This document shows, piece after piece, positions 1-11,823 of a stretch of DNA of 64,000 nt (positions are counted from its first letter, which is position 1; the number at the start of each line of letters is the position of its first letter). The DNA is taken from the NCBI GenBank assembly GCA_965140705.1, contig OZ223300.1, forward strand, positions 928,001 to 992,000, in the 5' to 3' direction. This DNA comes from an uncultured Arcobacter sp. Its GTDB lineage: Bacteria; Campylobacterota; Campylobacteria; Campylobacterales; Arcobacteraceae. A model generated the notes under the pieces. The model had not been told where the DNA came from and did not search any database. It worked only from the letters and a program-made list of their open reading frames with translations. Both the position numbers and the translations under genes were made by a program.

Positions 1-1228
1 TTGCATTTCTTACCTCTTGATATGGATAAGTGTGTGCCGAACAGGTGTTTCCTATAAGTAAAGAGTCACATTGTGAAAAGTTTCTAGAATTTTTAGCATC
101 CTTTGCAACTCTTACTAATCCTCTATAGGTATTTGAACCTTGCATAGCTGAAATACCTTTTGAGATAATAGTTGATTTTGTATTTTTACCTATGTGCATC
201 ATTTTAGTTCCCGTATCTGCTTGTTGGGCAAGTGAAGTAAGTGCCACAGAGTAAAACTCTCCTACACTATTATCTCCTTTTAAAACACATGAAGGGTATT
301 TCCAAGTAATAGCAGAACCAGTTTCAACTTGTGTCCAAGAAATTTTTGAATTATCACCTTTACAAATACCTCTTTTAGTCACAAAGTTTAAAATTCCACC
401 TTTTCCATTTTTATCACCTGGATACCAGTTTTGAATAGTAGAATATTTTATTTGTGAATTTTTAAGGGCTACTAGTTCTACAACTGCTGCGTGAAGTTGT
501 CTATTATCTCTCATTGGAGCAGAACAACCTTCATTATATGATACATAAGAATCATCATCACAAATTATTAATGTTCGCTCAAACTGTCCAGTATTTAAGG
601 CATTTATTCTAAAATAAGTTGATAATTCCATTGGACATCTAGTTTTTGGTGGAATATATACAAAACTACCATCTGTAAAAACGGCACTGTTCAAACAGGC
701 AAAATAGTTATCTCCTATTGGTACAACAGAAGCTAAATATTTTTTTAATAGTTCAGGATGTTTATTTGCAGCATCACTAATTGAACAGAATATTATTCCA
801 AGTTCTTCTAACTCTTTGTGAAAAGTTGTTTTAACAGATACTGAATCAAATACAGCATCAACTGCAACTCCTGCTAACATCTTTTGCTCTTCCAATGGAA
901 TACCTAGTTTTTCATAGGTTTGCAAAATACTAGGATCTACTTCATCTAAAGAGTTTAACTCTTTTTTTGGAGCAGAAAAGTATGAAATATCTTGGTAGTC
1001 TATTTTATCTATTTGTAAACTTGACCATTGGGGCTCTTCCATCGTAAGCCATTTTTTATATGCTTTTAAACGAAAATCACAAAGCCATTGTGGTTCATTT
1101 TTCTTTTTTGATATAGCTTTTATAACATCTTCATTCAAACCATTTGGAAATGTATCTGAATTTACAATGGTTTCAAAGCCTAATTTGTAATCATTTTTTA
1201 TAACATTTTGAATTTTATTATTACTCAT
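1..1228 (-). CDS. sufB: Fe-S cluster assembly protein SufB (3' end runs off window)
   Basis: Not in ORF track; manual translation from ATG at 1228 (SD GGAGAG): MSNNKIQ...[25 protein letters not shown]...[25 protein letters not shown], typical of SufB. Confidence 0.95.
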   Translation of the reverse strand, partial: MSNNKIQNVIKNDYKLGFETIVNSDTFPNGLNEDVIKAISKKKNEPQWLCDFRLKAYKKWLTMEEPQWSSLQIDKIDYQDISYFSAPKKELNSLDEVDPSILQTYEKLGIPLEEQKMLAGVAVDAVFDSVSVKTTFHKELEELGIIFCSISDAANKHPELLKKYLASVVPIGDNYFACLNSAVFTDGSFVYIPPKTRCPMELSTYFRINALNTGQFERTLIICDDDSYVSYNEGCSAPMRDNRQLHAAVVELVALKNSQIKYSTIQNWYPGDKNGKGGILNFVTKRGICKGDNSKISWTQVETGSAITWKYPSCVLKGDNSVGEFYSVALTSLAQQADTGTKMMHIGKNTKSTIISKGISAMQGSNTYRGLVRVAKDAKNSRNFSQCDSLLIGNTCSAHTYPYQEVRNA

Positions 1229-1243
1229 AGTCTCTCCAATTTT

Positions 1244-1268
1244 AAATAGGACTAAAAATGTCCTATTT
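1244..1268. promoter_or_regulatory. IscR/Rrf2-like operator box 1
   Basis: AAATAGGAC-N7-GTCCTATTT, perfect 9-bp inverted repeat, 25 bp in total, just upstream of sufB. Confidence 0.7.
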
Positions 1269-1379
1269 GTAAATTTAACATATATATATTAATTAGTTGT
1301 TTAGTAATTTATATAACTTTATCTTTTAATATTGAATTAAACTAAGAGTTTATTATAAATTAATTTAGCTATTTAAATT

Positions 1380-1404
1380 AATTAAGACAAATTTTATCCT
1401 ATTT
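1380..1404. promoter_or_regulatory. IscR/Rrf2-like operator box 2
   Basis: AATTAAGAC-N7-ATCCTATTT, degenerate copy of box 1, just upstream of TATAAT at 1409-1414 facing nifS. Confidence 0.6.
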
Positions 1405-1446
1405 CTTTTATAATTCCAAAAAAAGTATAAAAAAGCTATAATTTCA

Positions 1447-1463
1447 CGGAATAGCATTTGCAT
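1447..1463 (+). promoter_or_regulatory. Putative sigma54 (-24/-12) promoter of nifS
   Basis: CGGAATAGCATTTGCAT = GG-N10-GC with GGAA...TTGCA, ~30 nt upstream of the nifS ATG. Confidence 0.55.
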
Positions 1464-1490
1464 ATGAATTAAGAAAAAGATAGGAATTAA

Positions 1491-2684
<1,194 letters not shown>

Positions 2685-2746
2685 TAAAAAGTAAATAAAA
2701 ATAAAATCAGTCCCTTTTTCAAGGGGATATTTAAAAAGGATATAAA

Positions 2747-3727
2747 ATGGCTAAAAATGATTTAATAAGTGGTTCAATTTGGGATGAATACTCAAACCAA
2801 GTAATAAGAAGAATGGATGATCCAACTCATCAAGGTGAAATCACAGAAGAGATGGCTAAAGAAGCTGGTGGAAAATTAATCGTTGCAGATTTTGGAGCTG
2901 AATCATGTGGTGATGCCGTAAGATTATATTGGGTTGTTAATGAATCAAATGATGTAATTGTAGACTCAAGATTTAAATCTTTTGGATGTGGAACTGCAAT
3001 CGCTTCTTCTGATGTTATGGCTGAATTATGTATTGGAAAAACTGTTGATGAAGCAATTAAAATTACAAATATTGATGTTGAAAAAGCATTAAGAGATCAT
3101 CCAGATGTTCCTGCTGTACCACCTCAAAAAATGCACTGTTCTGTTATGGCATATGATGTTATTAAAAAAGCTGCATCAACATATAAAGGTGTTGATATGG
3201 AGACTTTAGAATCAGAAATTATAGTTTGTGAATGTGCAAGGGTTTCATTAGCAACTTTACAAGAAGTTATCAAATTAAATAATTTACAAACTGTTGAAGA
3301 AGTAACTGATTATACTAAAGCTGGTGCATTTTGTAAATCATGTATTAAACCAGGTGGACATGAAGCAAAAGATATTTATTTAGTAGATATTTTAAAAGAT
3401 GTTCATGCTGAAATGGAACATGATAAATTAAAACAAGCAGCAGATGCAAGTGCTGCAGGACAATCAACTTTTGATAAAATGACAATTGTACAAAGAATCA
3501 AAACGATTGATGATATATTAGATGGTGAAATCAGACCAATGCTTGCAATGGATGGTGGAAATATGGAAATTATTGATATTAAAGAAAATACTCCACATTA
3601 TGATATTTATATTAGATACTTAGGTGCATGTTCAGGATGTGCGTCTGGAGATACTGGAACACTTTACGCAATTGAGTCTGTATTAAAACAAAAAGTAGAT
3701 GAAAATATTAGAGTTTTACCAATTTAA
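2747..3727 (+). CDS. nifU: Fe-S scaffold NifU (IscU, BFD-like and Nfu domains)
   Basis: SCGD, FGCGTAIAS, KMHCS; CEC...FCKSC; C-terminal GACSGC. Confidence 0.96.
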   Translation: MAKNDLISGSIWDEYSNQVIRRMDDPTHQGEITEEMAKEAGGKLIVADFGAESCGDAVRLYWVVNESNDVIVDSRFKSFGCGTAIASSDVMAELCIGKTVDEAIKITNIDVEKALRDHPDVPAVPPQKMHCSVMAYDVIKKAASTYKGVDMETLESEIIVCECARVSLATLQEVIKLNNLQTVEEVTDYTKAGAFCKSCIKPGGHEAKDIYLVDILKDVHAEMEHDKLKQAADASAAGQSTFDKMTIVQRIKTIDDILDGEIRPMLAMDGGNMEIIDIKENTPHYDIYIRYLGACSGCASGDTGTLYAIESVLKQKVDENIRVLPI

Positions 3728-3747
3728 TCTAAATTGAGATATAAATT

Positions 3748-3780
3748 AAAAGGGGGAAAGATTTTTCTTTTCCCCTTTTT
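3748..3780. terminator. Bidirectional intrinsic terminator
   Basis: AAAAGGGGGAAAG...CTTTTCCCCTTTT hairpin between convergent nifU and ALDH. Confidence 0.8.
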
Positions 3781-5267
3781 TAGTATTTAATATATACTGT
3801 TTTTGTAGTAGTATAAAAATCACTTGCAGTATAAGATTTTTCTCTTGAACCATAAGATGAACTTTTTCTACCACCAAATGGAACATGATTATCCATACCA
3901 GCTGTTGGAAGATTTATCATTACATTTCCTATTTCTGCATCATGTTTAAATTGCATAGATTTTTTTAAATCATTTGTAATAATTCCACCTGATAATCCAA
4001 ACTCTGTATCATTTAATACTTCTATAGCTTCATCATAATCTTTTACTTTTATTACACAAGCAATAGCTGCAAACATCTCTTCTTGATTTATTCTCATAGA
4101 AGATTTTCCATCTACAAATAGGGCAGGTGAGAAATAATATCCTTGGGTATCAGTTTTTATAGCTTCTCCTCCACAAACTAAAGTAGCTCCTTCTTCTTTT
4201 CCAAGTTTGATATACTCTAAGTTAGCATCTAATTGTTTTTTGTCAATACAAGGTCCAATTTGACTTGATGGATTCATAGCATTTCCTACAACTAATGATT
4301 GCATTTTATTTTTAAAAGCACTTATAAACTCTTCATAAATACCTTCTGTAACAATTAGTTTTGAACAAGAAGTACATTTTTGACCATTTGCATTGTATGC
4401 TCCTTTTATAGAAGCTTCAACTGCTGTATTAATATCTGCATCATCAAGTATTATAAGTGAATTTTTACTTCCCATTTCTAATTGTAATTTAGTCATAGAA
4501 TCGATTGATTTTTTTGCAAGTTCTTTTCCAACAGCAACTGATCCTGTAAAAGTAATACCTTGCACTTTTTTAGATTGTGCTAAAGTATCACCTATTACTC
4601 CACCTTGTCCAAATACTAGTGAGAATACACCTTTTGGTAATTTTGTTGAGTCAATTATTTTAGCTAATATATGTGCAATAGCAGGAGTATTACTAGAAGG
4701 TTTTAATATCACACTATTTCCATAAGCTAAGGCAGGAGCTATTTTCCAAGCTGGAATAGCTAAAGGATAATTCCAAGGTGTAATAATGCCAATTACACCT
4801 ATTGGTTCATGGATTACTTCTATATCAACATTTTCTCTAGGTGAATCCATAAAAGCACCTTTCATTCTAATTGCTTCTGCTGCAAAATAATTAAAAAATT
4901 CAGCAGATTTTACAACTTCATCTGTTGCTTCTTTTATTGGTTTTCCAGCTTCCCTTGCAATTATTTCACCATAATAATCTTTATTTTCAAGTAGTTTTTC
5001 TGCAATATCTTTTAATATTTCTTCTCTTAAAGAAATTGAAGATTTTGCCCAATATTTTTGTACTTCTGAAGCAAAATCAATTGTTTGTGAAATGTGTTCA
5101 TAACTTCCTTTATAATAAGTAGAGACTAAATCTGTAACATCAGAAGGATTTATATTTTTAGAAATTTCATCACTCTTTCTCCATTCTCCACATATAAGAT
5201 TTTTCATTGGTTCATTTACATTGATTTCCAAATTATTAGTTTTTATAATTTTATTTATATTTTTCAT
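3780..5267 (-). CDS. NAD(P)-dependent aldehyde dehydrogenase (KGSADH-like clade)
   Basis: ITPWNYP, FTGS, LEMGSKN, GQKCT, EEMF, PFGG motifs. Confidence 0.92.
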   Translation of the reverse strand: MKNINKIIKTNNLEINVNEPMKNLICGEWRKSDEISKNINPSDVTDLVSTYYKGSYEHISQTIDFASEVQKYWAKSSISLREEILKDIAEKLLENKDYYGEIIAREAGKPIKEATDEVVKSAEFFNYFAAEAIRMKGAFMDSPRENVDIEVIHEPIGVIGIITPWNYPLAIPAWKIAPALAYGNSVILKPSSNTPAIAHILAKIIDSTKLPKGVFSLVFGQGGVIGDTLAQSKKVQGITFTGSVAVGKELAKKSIDSMTKLQLEMGSKNSLIILDDADINTAVEASIKGAYNANGQKCTSCSKLIVTEGIYEEFISAFKNKMQSLVVGNAMNPSSQIGPCIDKKQLDANLEYIKLGKEEGATLVCGGEAIKTDTQGYYFSPALFVDGKSSMRINQEEMFAAIACVIKVKDYDEAIEVLNDTEFGLSGGIITNDLKKSMQFKHDAEIGNVMINLPTAGMDNHVPFGGRKSSSYGSREKSYTASDFYTTTKTVYIKY

Positions 5268-5285
5268 TATTTCCCCTTAATATTA

Positions 5286-5342
5286 TTATAACATTATAAT
5301 GACTTTAAACTTATGTCAAACTTAAAGATTATAATGTTATAA
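5286..5342. promoter_or_regulatory. Paired GntR-type operator sites upstream of ALDH
   Basis: TTATAACATTATAAT (5286-5300) and its exact reverse complement (5328-5342). Confidence 0.65.
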
Positions 5343-5367
5343 CAAATTTTGGAAAAGAAATATTTAT

Positions 5368-5395
5368 TTTAAAGATGAATGAAATCATCTTTAAA
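5368..5395 (-). terminator. Hairpin downstream of glpK
   Basis: TTTAAAGATGA...TCATCTTTAAA inverted repeat. Confidence 0.65.
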
Positions 5396-5399
5396 TTTG

Positions 5400-6920
5400 T
5401 TAGATTTGGTTTGATTTTTTTGAAAGAGTTCTTTGTACAGCGTCTTTCCAACCTGCATATAAGTCATATCTTTTTTCTTCATTAATAGTAGGTTTGAATT
5501 CTTTCTCTAACTTCCAGGCTTTTGAAAATTCATTTTTTGAAGGATAAAATCCTGCTTTCATTCCTGCAAGCCAAGCAACACCTAGTGCAGTTGTTTCAAG
5601 TATTTCAGGTCTATCAACTGAAGTTCCTAACATATCAGATAAGAATTGAACAGTATAATCTGAAGCTGACATTCCCCCATCTATTCTTAAAACAGAGTTT
5701 TTAGCATAATCAATGCATTCTCCAAAATTATTCCAATCACTATACATAGCTTCTAATAAATCTTTTGTTTGATAGGCAACACTTTCTAATGCTGCTTTTG
5801 CAAAATCTTCTGGTCCTGTATTTCTTGTAAGACCATAAATAGCACCTCTACATTGAGTATCCCAATAGGGTGCAGCAAGTCCTGTAAAGGCAGGTACAAA
5901 ATAGAGTTGTTCGTTTGGATCAGCTTTTAAAGCTAGTTCTTGAGCCTCTTTTGCATTTTTTATGATTTTTAAGCCATCTCTTAACCATTGAACAACAGCA
6001 CCAGCAATAAAAATTGAACCTTCTAAGGCATAAGTTGTTTGTCCATTAAATCTATAAGCAATAGTTGTAAGTAGCCTATTTTTTGAAAGAATCATATTTG
6101 AACCAATATTTAAAATAGCAAAACATCCAGTTCCATAAGTGGATTTAACCATTCCAGGTTCAAAACAAGCTTGTCCTATAAGTGCAGATTGTTGATCACC
6201 TGCAACACCATTTATTGGAATTTCTTTTCCTAGATGTTCTTTATCAATATTTGCAAAATCATCTGCACAATCTTTAACTTCAGGTAACATATCCATTGGA
6301 ATATCTAAAAGAGTACAAATTTCTTTGTCCCATTCATTTGTATTTATATTATATAGCATTGTTCTTGCGGCATTTGTAGCATCAGTTACATGGTTTTTTT
6401 TATTACTTAATTTCCAAATTAAAAAAGTGTCAACTGTTCCAAATAATAAATCTCCATTAAGAGCTTTTTCTTTAGCACCATCTACATTTTCTAAAATCCA
6501 TTTTAATTTCATAGCTGAAAAATAAGGATCAAATAGTAAACCAGTCTTTTCTCGAATCATCTTCTCATGTCCCGCTTTTTTAAAGACGTCACACTCTTTT
6601 GATGTTCTTCTATCTTGCCATACAATTGCATTATAAATTGCTTCTCCTGTATGTTTATCCCATACAACAGTTGTCTCTCTTTGATTAGTTATTCCAATAG
6701 ATACAATATCTTCAATCTTTGCATTTGCTTCTTTTAATACATTTTTACAACTATTAAGAACTGTATTAAATAAATCTTCAGGATTATGTTCTACCCAACC
6801 AGAATGAGGAAAATATTGAGGAAACTCTTCTTGAGATATTTTCTCAATTTTCATCTCTTTGTTAAATAAAATTGCTCTACTTGAAGTTGTACCTTGATCT
6901 ATTGATAGTATGTATTTCAT
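5400..6920 (-). CDS. glpK: Glycerol kinase
   Basis: [40 protein letters not shown]. Confidence 0.97.
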   Translation of the reverse strand: MKYILSIDQGTTSSRAILFNKEMKIEKISQEEFPQYFPHSGWVEHNPEDLFNTVLNSCKNVLKEANAKIEDIVSIGITNQRETTVVWDKHTGEAIYNAIVWQDRRTSKECDVFKKAGHEKMIREKTGLLFDPYFSAMKLKWILENVDGAKEKALNGDLLFGTVDTFLIWKLSNKKNHVTDATNAARTMLYNINTNEWDKEICTLLDIPMDMLPEVKDCADDFANIDKEHLGKEIPINGVAGDQQSALIGQACFEPGMVKSTYGTGCFAILNIGSNMILSKNRLLTTIAYRFNGQTTYALEGSIFIAGAVVQWLRDGLKIIKNAKEAQELALKADPNEQLYFVPAFTGLAAPYWDTQCRGAIYGLTRNTGPEDFAKAALESVAYQTKDLLEAMYSDWNNFGECIDYAKNSVLRIDGGMSASDYTVQFLSDMLGTSVDRPEILETTALGVAWLAGMKAGFYPSKNEFSKAWKLEKEFKPTINEEKRYDLYAGWKDAVQRTLSKKSNQI

Positions 6921-6938
6921 TTATTCTCACTTTAGAGT

Positions 6939-6969
6939 AACAAAAGTTGAGAAATTCTCAACTTTTGTT
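6939..6969 (-). terminator. Hairpin after the SBP gene (terminator or mRNA stabiliser)
   Basis: AACAAAAGTTGAGAA-A-TTCTCAACTTTTGTT, 15-bp arms. Confidence 0.7.
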
Positions 6970-6982
6970 TAGATTTATAAAA

Positions 6983-8680
6983 TTATTTCCAAGATTTGAT
7001 TAATTCATCATAAGAAATAGTTACTGGTGTTGGTTTTTCATTAGCTAGTTTAGGTTTTGGAGCACCTGGTTGTTCTAGCCAATATTCAGCAGTTCTTTTT
7101 TTATTAAGTTTTGGTCCCATATCACCTTGGATACCAGCTCTTTCAATTCTTGAAAGAATTTTCTCTTGAGCTAAACATAAAGAATCTAAAGCAGCTTGTG
7201 CTGTTTTTGCACCTGATGAAGCATCACCAATATTTTGCCACCATAATTGTGCCAATTTTGGATAATCTGGTACATTTGTTCCAGTTGGAGTCCATTGTGT
7301 TTTTGCAGGAGATCTGTAAAATTCAATTAAACCACCAAGTTTTGGAGCTCTTTTTGTAAATGATTTATCAAAAATTGTTGATTTTCTAATAAATGTTAAA
7401 CCAACTTGTGATTTTTTCACATCAACTGTTTTTGAAGTTACAAATTGCGCATATAACCAAGCAGCTTGAGCTCTTTTTACAGGAGTTGATTTCATTAAAG
7501 TCCAAGAACCAACATCTTGATAACCAACTTTCATACCTTTTTTCCAATAAGCACCATGTGGTGATGGAGCCATTCTCCATTTTGGAGTACCATCTGCATT
7601 AACAACTGGAAGACCTTTTTTTACCATATCTGCTGTAAAAGCTGTATACCAGAAAGCTTGTTGTGCAACTTCACCTTGTGCAGGAACAGGTCCCGCTTCA
7701 GAGAATACCATACCAGCAGCACTTGGTGGAGCATAACTTTTCAACCATTTAATATATTTTTCTATAGAATAAACAGCAGCTGGTGAGTTTGTAGCTCCCC
7801 CTCTATCCATACAAGAACCAACTGGTTGAGATTTATCATTTACTCTAATTCCCCATTCATCTACTGGAAGTCCATTTGGTAAACCAGGGTCACCCTCTCC
7901 AGCCATTGACAACCAAGCATCTGTAAATCTCCATCCTAAAGATGGATCTTTTTTACCATAATCCATATGACCATAAACTTTTTTACCATCAATTACTCTT
8001 CCTGTAAAGAATTCTGCAATATCTTCATATGCAGACCAGTTAACAGGAACCCCTAAGTCATAACCATATTTTGCTTTAAAATCAGCCATATTTTTTGGGT
8101 CTGTGAACCAATCATATCTAAACCAATAAAGGTTAGCGAATTGTTGATCTGGCAACTGATATAGTTTTCCATCAGGAGCAGTTGTAAAAGATAATCCAAT
8201 AAAATCTTTTAAATCTAAATTTGGATTAGTAACAGATTTCCCATCACCTTTCATCCAATCAGTTAAATTTCTAACTTGTTTATATCTCCAATGAGTACCA
8301 ATCAAATCAGAATCATTTACATAAGCATCATAAATATTTTGTCCAGTTTGCATTTGTGTTTGAAGTTTCTCAATAACATCACCTTCCCCAATGACATCAT
8401 GAATTACTTTTATACCTGTAATATCGTAAAATGCTTTTGCTAAAGTTTTACTCTCATATGCATGAGTTGTAAGACTCTCAGATACAACTTTTATAGTCAT
8501 ACCTTTATATGGTTTTGCTGCATTTTGAAACCAAGTAAGCTCATCTTTTTGTTGAGCTTTAGTAAGTGATGATGGTTGGAACTCATCTATCCACTTATTC
8601 ATATCTGCACTAAAGGCATAACTACTTAGTCCGAACATTCCTACTACAAGTGAAGTAGTAATCTTATTTTTAATTTTCAT
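6983..8680 (-). CDS. glpV: Glycerol ABC transporter substrate-binding protein
   Basis: Signal peptide; QLPDQQFANLYWFRYDWF, GYQDVGSWT, WTPTGTNVPDYPKLAQLWW typical of the GlpV family; context. Confidence 0.88.
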   Translation of the reverse strand: MKIKNKITTSLVVGMFGLSSYAFSADMNKWIDEFQPSSLTKAQQKDELTWFQNAAKPYKGMTIKVVSESLTTHAYESKTLAKAFYDITGIKVIHDVIGEGDVIEKLQTQMQTGQNIYDAYVNDSDLIGTHWRYKQVRNLTDWMKGDGKSVTNPNLDLKDFIGLSFTTAPDGKLYQLPDQQFANLYWFRYDWFTDPKNMADFKAKYGYDLGVPVNWSAYEDIAEFFTGRVIDGKKVYGHMDYGKKDPSLGWRFTDAWLSMAGEGDPGLPNGLPVDEWGIRVNDKSQPVGSCMDRGGATNSPAAVYSIEKYIKWLKSYAPPSAAGMVFSEAGPVPAQGEVAQQAFWYTAFTADMVKKGLPVVNADGTPKWRMAPSPHGAYWKKGMKVGYQDVGSWTLMKSTPVKRAQAAWLYAQFVTSKTVDVKKSQVGLTFIRKSTIFDKSFTKRAPKLGGLIEFYRSPAKTQWTPTGTNVPDYPKLAQLWWQNIGDASSGAKTAQAALDSLCLAQEKILSRIERAGIQGDMGPKLNKKRTAEYWLEQPGAPKPKLANEKPTPVTISYDELIKSWK

Positions 8681-8745
8681 TCTTTTCCCCTTCTTAAGTT
8701 AAATTGTTATAGCTAAAATATAATCTAACGATTATTTTAGTATTT

Positions 8746-9024
8746 TTATACCCAGCGAAAAACTGCTATAGCATAAAAAAGACAAAGAACCATTCCCCCA
8801 TAAATTGGAGTACCAAACACTGCTAAATAGCCAAGGCAAATAAATGCCGAGCCTAAAAGACTAAGAAAAAGTCGATCACCAGGAGTGGTTTTTATACGTA
8901 AAATTCCTACTCTTGGTGCCTGTGGCCATTTAATGGCCCAGATAGTCATGATTATAAGTGCAACAAAGATACAAATGAAAAATATTGCAGTTCCAGTTGT
9001 CCAAGCCATCCATGATAAATTCAC
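8746..9024 (-). CDS. glpU: Small membrane protein of the glycerol ABC operon (DUF2160-like)
   Basis: MNLSWMAWT..TAIFF...TTPGDRLFLSLLGSA; GTG start with GGAGG SD; position between permease and SBP. Confidence 0.82.
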   Translation of the reverse strand: MNLSWMAWTTGTAIFFICIFVALIIMTIWAIKWPQAPRVGILRIKTTPGDRLFLSLLGSAFICLGYLAVFGTPIYGGMVLCLFYAIAVFRWV

Positions 9025-9035
9025 ACTATACCTCC

Positions 9036-9863
9036 TTAAACTCGTCCAAGAGATAGACCCTTGGCAATGTGATTACGAACAAAATAAATAACTATGGCAC
9101 CAGGAACAAGAGTTAAAACTCCTGCTGCTGATAAAACGCCCCAATCAACACCAGAAGCTGATATTGTTTTTGTCATAGTTACTGCTATTGATTTTGCATT
9201 AACTGCTGTTAATGTTCTACTTAATAGTAATTCAACCCAAGAGAACATAAAACAGAAAAATGCACAAACACCGATACCTGAAGCTATCAATGGAGTGAAT
9301 ATTTTTGTAAAAAATGCAAAAAAACTAAATCCATCAATATATGCAGTTTCATCTATTTCTTTTGGTACACCACGCATAAAGCCCTCCAAAATCCAAACAG
9401 ATAATGGTACATTAAATAATGTGTGAGCTAAAGCCACCGCAATATGTGTATCAAATAAACCAACACTTGAATAAAGTTGAAAGAATGGCAGCGCAAATAC
9501 AGCAGGTGGTGCCATTCTGTTAGTTAATAACCAAAAGAACAAATGCTTATCCCCTAGAAATCTATATCTAGAGAAAGCATATGCTGCAGGAAGTGCTACT
9601 AAAACAGAAATAACTGTATTCATAACAACATATATCATTGAGTTAATATATCCCCAATACCAAGTAGGGTCTGTGAATATAACAACATAATTGTGAAATG
9701 TTAGGTTATTAGGAAAAAGTGAAAATGTCCCTAATATCTCTTCATTTGTTTTTAAACTCATATTAACTAACCAATAAACAGGTAACATCAAAAATATGAT
9801 GTATATAAGCATGATAGTAGGAGATTTACTACTAAAAAACCCTTTTTTAGTTGCTGTGCTCAT
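9036..9863 (-). CDS. glpQ: Glycerol ABC transporter permease
   Basis: CUT1 permease with EIDETAYIDG EAA loop. Confidence 0.88.
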   Translation of the reverse strand: MSTATKKGFFSSKSPTIMLIYIIFLMLPVYWLVNMSLKTNEEILGTFSLFPNNLTFHNYVVIFTDPTWYWGYINSMIYVVMNTVISVLVALPAAYAFSRYRFLGDKHLFFWLLTNRMAPPAVFALPFFQLYSSVGLFDTHIAVALAHTLFNVPLSVWILEGFMRGVPKEIDETAYIDGFSFFAFFTKIFTPLIASGIGVCAFFCFMFSWVELLLSRTLTAVNAKSIAVTMTKTISASGVDWGVLSAAGVLTLVPGAIVIYFVRNHIAKGLSLGRV

Positions 9864-9866
9864 AAA

Positions 9867-10736
9867 TTACTCCTCTTCTTTATCTATGTTTGTCATGATT
9901 GTAAAAAATGCCCAACATGTTAATAGTATCACTAGAAAATATATAAGTGAAAATGCTGCTGCAGGTCCCAAGTCAAATTGACCAATTGCCGTTTTTACTA
10001 AATCAATAGATAAAAATGTAGTTGAATTTCCAGGACCTCCTCCTGTTACAACCATTGGTTCAGTATAAATCATAAAACTATCCATAAATCTAAGTAAAGT
10101 GGCAATTAATAATACTCCCATCATTTTTGGAAGTTGGATATATCTAAAAACACTCCATTTTGAAGCTTGGTCGATTTTTGCTGCTTGATAATATGCTGAA
10201 GGAATTGATTGTAATCCAGCATAACAAAGTAAAACAACTAATGAAGTCCAATGCCATACATCCATTATAATTATAGTAATCCAAGCATCAAGTACATTTT
10301 GAGTATAGTTATAATCAACTCCCATTGATACTAAAGCATGACCCAAAAGCCCAATATCAGTTCTTCCAAAAATTTGCCAAATAGTACCAACTACATTCCA
10401 AGGAACAAGTAGTGGAAGTGCTACTAGTATTAAACAAACCGATGACCAAAAACCTTTTTTAGGCATATGCAAGGCAATAAAAATACCAAGGGGAATCTCT
10501 ATTGCTAAAATGATTCCTGTAAAAAGTATCTGTCTTCCTAATGCCGCATGAATTCTCTCCGAGTGAAGAACTTCTTCAAACCATTGTAATCCGGCAGGGA
10601 AAAATACATTATTTCCAAAGGTATCTTGAACTGAATAATTAACAACTGTCATTAAAGGAATAACAGCAGAAAAACCAACTAAGATAAGTACAGGAAGTAC
10701 AAGAAACCAAGCCTTTTGATTTACTGTTTTTTTCAT
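9867..10736 (-). CDS. glpP: Glycerol ABC transporter permease
   Basis: MDVWHWT, YYQAAKIDQAS EAA loop. Confidence 0.88.
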   Translation of the reverse strand: MKKTVNQKAWFLVLPVLILVGFSAVIPLMTVVNYSVQDTFGNNVFFPAGLQWFEEVLHSERIHAALGRQILFTGIILAIEIPLGIFIALHMPKKGFWSSVCLILVALPLLVPWNVVGTIWQIFGRTDIGLLGHALVSMGVDYNYTQNVLDAWITIIIMDVWHWTSLVVLLCYAGLQSIPSAYYQAAKIDQASKWSVFRYIQLPKMMGVLLIATLLRFMDSFMIYTEPMVVTGGGPGNSTTFLSIDLVKTAIGQFDLGPAAAFSLIYFLVILLTCWAFFTIMTNIDKEEE

Positions 10737-11812
10737 AATGCTTCTCCTTCAACCAACCAGTCATTTTGATATACATTTATTTTGTCTAAATCAAAAATCA
10801 TACTACTCATTGTTGGGGTGATTTTTGTATCTTCTGAAACTATTATATTTATATTATTATCTTTGTATTTTGCTCGTACAATTTTATGGTGAGCCACATC
10901 TTCTATTCTAGTAATATCTATTTTAATTCCAGTACCATCTTCGCAAAGATTTATAAACTCAGGTCTAATTCCCAATTGAATTGTCCCATCTAAATCTTTA
11001 TATTTAGAATTTAATTGAATTGTAGTATCTTCTAAAGTTGCAATATTTTCATTGATTTGAACATCAAAAAGATTCATCCCTGGTGAACCAATAAAATAAC
11101 CAACAAAGGTGTGTGCTGGTTTTTCAAATAACTCCTCTGGAGTTCCTATTTGTAAAACAACTCCTTGATTCATAACTACAACTTTATCTGCAAAAGTTAA
11201 AGCTTCTGTTTGGTCATGAGTTACAAATATCATTGTGTGTTTTAACTCTTTGTGTAAGGCTTTTAATTGAGTTCTTAATTCCCATTTCATATGAGGGTCG
11301 ATTACAGTTAATGGTTCATCAAATAAAATTGCATTTACATCTTCCCTAACCATTCCTCTACCTAAAGATATTTTTTGTTTTGCATCAGCTGTTAAGCCAC
11401 TTGCTTTTTTATCCAAAATATCTTCAACTTTTATTGCTTTTGCAATAGCTGAGACTCTTTGTTTGATATATTCAGGTTTTTCATTTCTATTTTTTAAAGG
11501 AAATTCTAGATTTTGTCTGACTGTCATTGTGTCATAGACAACTGGGAATTGGAATACTTGCGCAATATTTCTATGGGCAGTATCTGCACTAGTAACATCA
11601 TTATCATTAAATAGAATTTTACCCTCTGATGGAGTTATTATTCCAGATATAATATTTAGTAAGGTTGATTTCCCACATCCAGATGGTCCAAGTAGTGCAT
11701 ATGCTGCCCCATCTTCCCATTCATGATTTAATGGTTGTAATACATAATCTTTTTCTGAGATTGGATTTTCCATATAACTATGGGCTAAGTTTGAAAGAGT
11801 TATTTTTGCCAT
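10733..11812 (-). CDS. Glycerol ABC transporter ATP-binding subunit
   Basis: GPSGCGKST Walker A, degenerate signature LTADAKQK, ILFDEP; GlpT in Rhizobium nomenclature. Confidence 0.9.
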   Translation of the reverse strand: MAKITLSNLAHSYMENPISEKDYVLQPLNHEWEDGAAYALLGPSGCGKSTLLNIISGIITPSEGKILFNDNDVTSADTAHRNIAQVFQFPVVYDTMTVRQNLEFPLKNRNEKPEYIKQRVSAIAKAIKVEDILDKKASGLTADAKQKISLGRGMVREDVNAILFDEPLTVIDPHMKWELRTQLKALHKELKHTMIFVTHDQTEALTFADKVVVMNQGVVLQIGTPEELFEKPAHTFVGYFIGSPGMNLFDVQINENIATLEDTTIQLNSKYKDLDGTIQLGIRPEFINLCEDGTGIKIDITRIEDVAHHKIVRAKYKDNNINIIVSEDTKITPTMSSMIFDLDKINVYQNDWLVEGEAL

Positions 11813-11823
11813 TTTTTCTCCTT

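Noticed and set aside
1259..1313. NifA upstream activator site (TGT-N10-ACA)
   Set aside because: Only near matches (TGT-N7-ACA at 1268, TGT-N10-ATA at 1298) in very AT-rich DNA
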